From the NCBI GenBank assembly GCA_913050325.1, contig CAJWZP010000001.1:1611-65610 (forward strand): a stretch of DNA of 64,000 bases. Direction: 5' to 3'. The notes beneath the pieces were generated by a model, which had not been told where the DNA came from, made no database searches, and worked only from the letters and a program-made list of their open reading frames with translations. The DNA comes from an uncultured bacterium. GTDB lineage: Bacteria; Desulfobacterota_D; UBA1144. Below are positions 61,770 to 64,000 of this stretch, in pieces. Made by a program: the position numbers and the translations under genes. Each line of letters begins with the position of its first letter. Position 1 is the stretch's first letter.

Positions 61770-63065
61770 ATGAAAAATATTAAAAATTCTAAAGCAGTAT
61801 TCGAACAAGCCATGAGGTATATGCCTGGTGGTGTTAATAGTCCTGTTAGATCATTTAGTGCAGTAAAAGAAGCACCAAGGTTTATTAAAAGATCATTTGG
61901 TGCATATTTGGAAGATATAGATGGAAATATATATATTGATTATATTTCATCTTTTGGACCATTAATTTTTGGACACGCAAGGAATGAAATATTAACTGCT
62001 GCCAAAGAAGCTTTAGACTTTGGTACTACATATGGAGCTTGCCATATGAAAGAAGTGAAATTAGCAAAGATAATTTCCAAATTGATGCCTTCAATGGAAA
62101 TGCTTAGACTTACAAGTTCAGGGACAGAAGCAACTATGAGTGCAATAAGAGCAGCGAGAGGTTTCACAGAAAAAGATAAAATTATCAAACTCGAAGGGTG
62201 CTATCATGGACATATAGATCATTTATTAGTTTCTGCGGGTTCAGGTGCTTCAACCTTTGGTGAACCATTTTCGAAAGGGGTGCCAAAAGATTTCATTAAA
62301 AATACATTAATAACTAATTACAACGACTTGGATGGTTTGAAAAAAATAATAATGGAAAATAAAAATCAAATTGCCGCTTTAATTATGGAACCTATTCCAG
62401 CAAATATGGGGCTAATACTTCCTAAAAAAAATTATCTTAATAAAGTTAGAGAAATTTGTTCAGAAAATAAAATTATTTTAATCTTTGATGAAGTAATTAC
62501 TGGTTTCAGAGCATCTATAGGTGGGGCGGAAGAGCTAACGGGTATAAAACCTGACATGTCATGCATAGGAAAAATAATTGGTGGCGGATTCCCTATTGGT
62601 GCATTTGGTGGTCGTGAGGAAATAATGAATCAAGTTTCCCCCCTAGGAGGAGTTTATCATGCTGGTACACTCTCAGGAAACCCAATAGCCGTTTCTGCTG
62701 GGCTCGAAACAATGAGATTGCTAATACATGAAAAAGAAAATTTATATAAAAAAATTAAGAATAAAGCTGTTAAGTTAAAAGAAAATATTGAATCTGAGAT
62801 AAATAATATTTCAATTAATCAGCTTGGTTCAATGCTTACAATTTTTTTTAATGAGAAAAAACCTGAAAACTTTGAAGATGTTAAGAAATGTAATTTTAAA
62901 AAATTTACAAAATTTTTTCAAAATATAGTTAATAAAGGTATTATGTTTCCACCATCACAATTTGAGACTGTTTTTATATCATCAGCTCATTCGGATGAGG
63001 ATATAAAAAAAACATCTGATATTTGTGTGGAAGCGATTATGTCTCTGGAGAATAAAAATAAATAA
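61770..63065 (+). CDS. hemL: glutamate-1-semialdehyde 2,1-aminomutase
   Basis: 431 aa with the N-terminus FEQAMRYMPGGVNSPVR and the PLP-lysine region. Confidence 0.9.
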   Translation: MKNIKNSKAVFEQAMRYMPGGVNSPVRSFSAVKEAPRFIKRSFGAYLEDIDGNIYIDYISSFGPLIFGHARNEILTAAKEALDFGTTYGACHMKEVKLAKIISKLMPSMEMLRLTSSGTEATMSAIRAARGFTEKDKIIKLEGCYHGHIDHLLVSAGSGASTFGEPFSKGVPKDFIKNTLITNYNDLDGLKKIIMENKNQIAALIMEPIPANMGLILPKKNYLNKVREICSENKIILIFDEVITGFRASIGGAEELTGIKPDMSCIGKIIGGGFPIGAFGGREEIMNQVSPLGGVYHAGTLSGNPIAVSAGLETMRLLIHEKENLYKKIKNKAVKLKENIESEINNISINQLGSMLTIFFNEKKPENFEDVKKCNFKKFTKFFQNIVNKGIMFPPSQFETVFISSAHSDEDIKKTSDICVEAIMSLENKNK

Positions 63066-63252
63066 TAGTTGGTTTAAATTTTTTATTATAGGAACTGAGT
63101 TAGCAGGTACAATCTTAGCTGGTTTATTTATTGGGGATTTAATAGATAAAAAACTTGATACTAATCAAACTTTTACTATTGTAGGGATTGTTTTAGGAAC
63201 TTTGGCTGGTTTCGTTATTATGATAAAAATATTAAAGAAGTTTGGTAAATAA
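63025..63252 (+). CDS. atpZ: AtpZ/AtpR-like small membrane protein preceding atpI
   Basis: 75 aa with two TM helices. Its glycine-zipper pattern IIGTELAGTILAGLFIGDLID resembles the AtpZ family. It overlaps the hemL end by 41 nt. Confidence 0.55.
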   Translation: MWKRLCLWRIKINNSWFKFFIIGTELAGTILAGLFIGDLIDKKLDTNQTFTIVGIVLGTLAGFVIMIKILKKFGK

Positions 63253-63257
63253 ATAAT

Positions 63258-63584
63258 ATGAGAAAATTTATTTTAACTAGTTCAATTTTTTTATTTGTCC
63301 TTTTTTCCTTGTCTTACCTTATTAAAATTAATATTTTAAGTTCAATTTTTTATGGATCTGTAGTTTCATTCTTAAATTGTATAGGGATTAATTTAGTAAC
63401 AAAAATGTTTTTAAATAGGAAAAAAGGGAAAATACTTGTTTTTTTAAGCTCTTTATTAAAAATAGCTCTGATAGCTTCTGTCACTATAATATTGGTTGAG
63501 TATTTATCTTTGGACTTGATTGGATTTTTAAGCGGTTTTAGTGTAATTTTAATTGTGTTTATTCTACTAATACAAGGTAAATAG
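63258..63584 (+). CDS. atpI: ATP synthase protein I
   Basis: 108 aa very hydrophobic 4-TM protein located between atpZ and atpB. The assignment rests on position and architecture. Confidence 0.5.
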   Translation: MRKFILTSSIFLFVLFSLSYLIKINILSSIFYGSVVSFLNCIGINLVTKMFLNRKKGKILVFLSSLLKIALIASVTIILVEYLSLDLIGFLSGFSVILIVFILLIQGK

Positions 63585-63587
63585 GTT

Positions 63588-64000
63588 ATGGGTGCAGCTT
63601 TAGAACATGCTCAATGGACTGAGCTAATTGGTGTAAATGAATATGATCACGTAATAGGATCTTTAATTGTAATTATGTTCCTATTACTTGTTTCTCTAAA
63701 AGTTAGATCTAAGTCGACAGGAGAAAAATCTTTAGTGCCTAGTCAGAAATTTGGTTTGACGAACCTATTTGAATTTTTAACTTTAGATTTCCTATTAAAA
63801 TTATTAACTGATATTTTTGGAAGTGAAGAAAAAGCAAAAAAACTTCTTCCTCTTTTAGGCGGTTCTTTCTTTTTTATCTTTTTTTCTAATTTACTGGGAG
63901 TTTTTCCTGGTTTTTATCCTGCAACACAAAATCTAAACTCAACTCTTGCTTGTGCATCAGTAATATTTATTACATATAATTATATGGGCTTTAAAGAGCA
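63588..64000 (+). CDS. atpB: F0F1 ATP synthase subunit a, N-terminal part; continues past the window edge
   Basis: The translation from the ATG at 63588 reads MGAALEHAQWTELIGVNEYDHVIGSLIVIMFLLLVSL...LLGVFPGFYPATQNLN, typical of the subunit-a N-terminus. It is absent from the ORF track because it has no stop inside the window. Confidence 0.8.
   Translation, partial: MGAALEHAQWTELIGVNEYDHVIGSLIVIMFLLLVSLKVRSKSTGEKSLVPSQKFGLTNLFEFLTLDFLLKLLTDIFGSEEKAKKLLPLLGGSFFFIFFSNLLGVFPGFYPATQNLNSTLACASVIFITYNYMGFKE

Overview
This is a low-GC (roughly 30%, estimated by eye), very gene-dense 64 kb stretch of a streamlined bacterial chromosome, most likely from marine bacterioplankton. The lineage is uncertain. 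The hints I see are a sigma-70 factor only 377 aa long, yacL-ispD-ispF synteny, b/b' ATP synthase subunits clustered with atpHAGDC, and a short epsilon subunit. The window is almost entirely core metabolism:
- Fe-S assembly: Rrf2 regulator plus sufBCD.
- Ribosomal proteins: rplM and rpsI.
- ATP synthase in two distant operons: F1 plus stalk subunits atpF'-F-H-A-G-D-C on the minus strand at 5.1-10.7 kb, and atpZ-atpI-atpB starting at 63.0 kb.
- Biosynthesis and cofactors: purB, ispD/ispF/ispE, sodB, ilvD, coaBC, pyrE, nrdAB, argH, queF, hisBH, thiL, gltX, coaE, hemL, rpoD and a tRNA-Gln.
- A split three-subunit acyl-CoA carboxylase.
- Transport: RND pump, ClC, CPA2 antiporter, MscS, CNNM paralogs, and orphan peptide ABC parts.

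I found no rRNA, CRISPR array, transposase, integrase or obvious phage or defense genes. The least conventional stretch is 29.0-31.9 kb. It holds an enlarged nitroreductase-fold protein, a small SD-preceded ORF convergent to it, two tandem tail-anchored mini-proteins, a lipoprotein and a DUF805 protein. I have flagged it as the best candidate for something undescribed, though nothing in it is demonstrably a system. Other points of note are a homopolymer frameshift at the start of an alpha/beta hydrolase, tandem NrdR-box-like palindromes and a leader hairpin upstream of nrdA, a truncated ATP synthase epsilon, a myo-inositol-phosphate synthase gene, and a putative eukaryotic-type glutathione synthetase next to a DsbA lipoprotein. 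All calls rest on motif recognition by eye; I could run no database searches.
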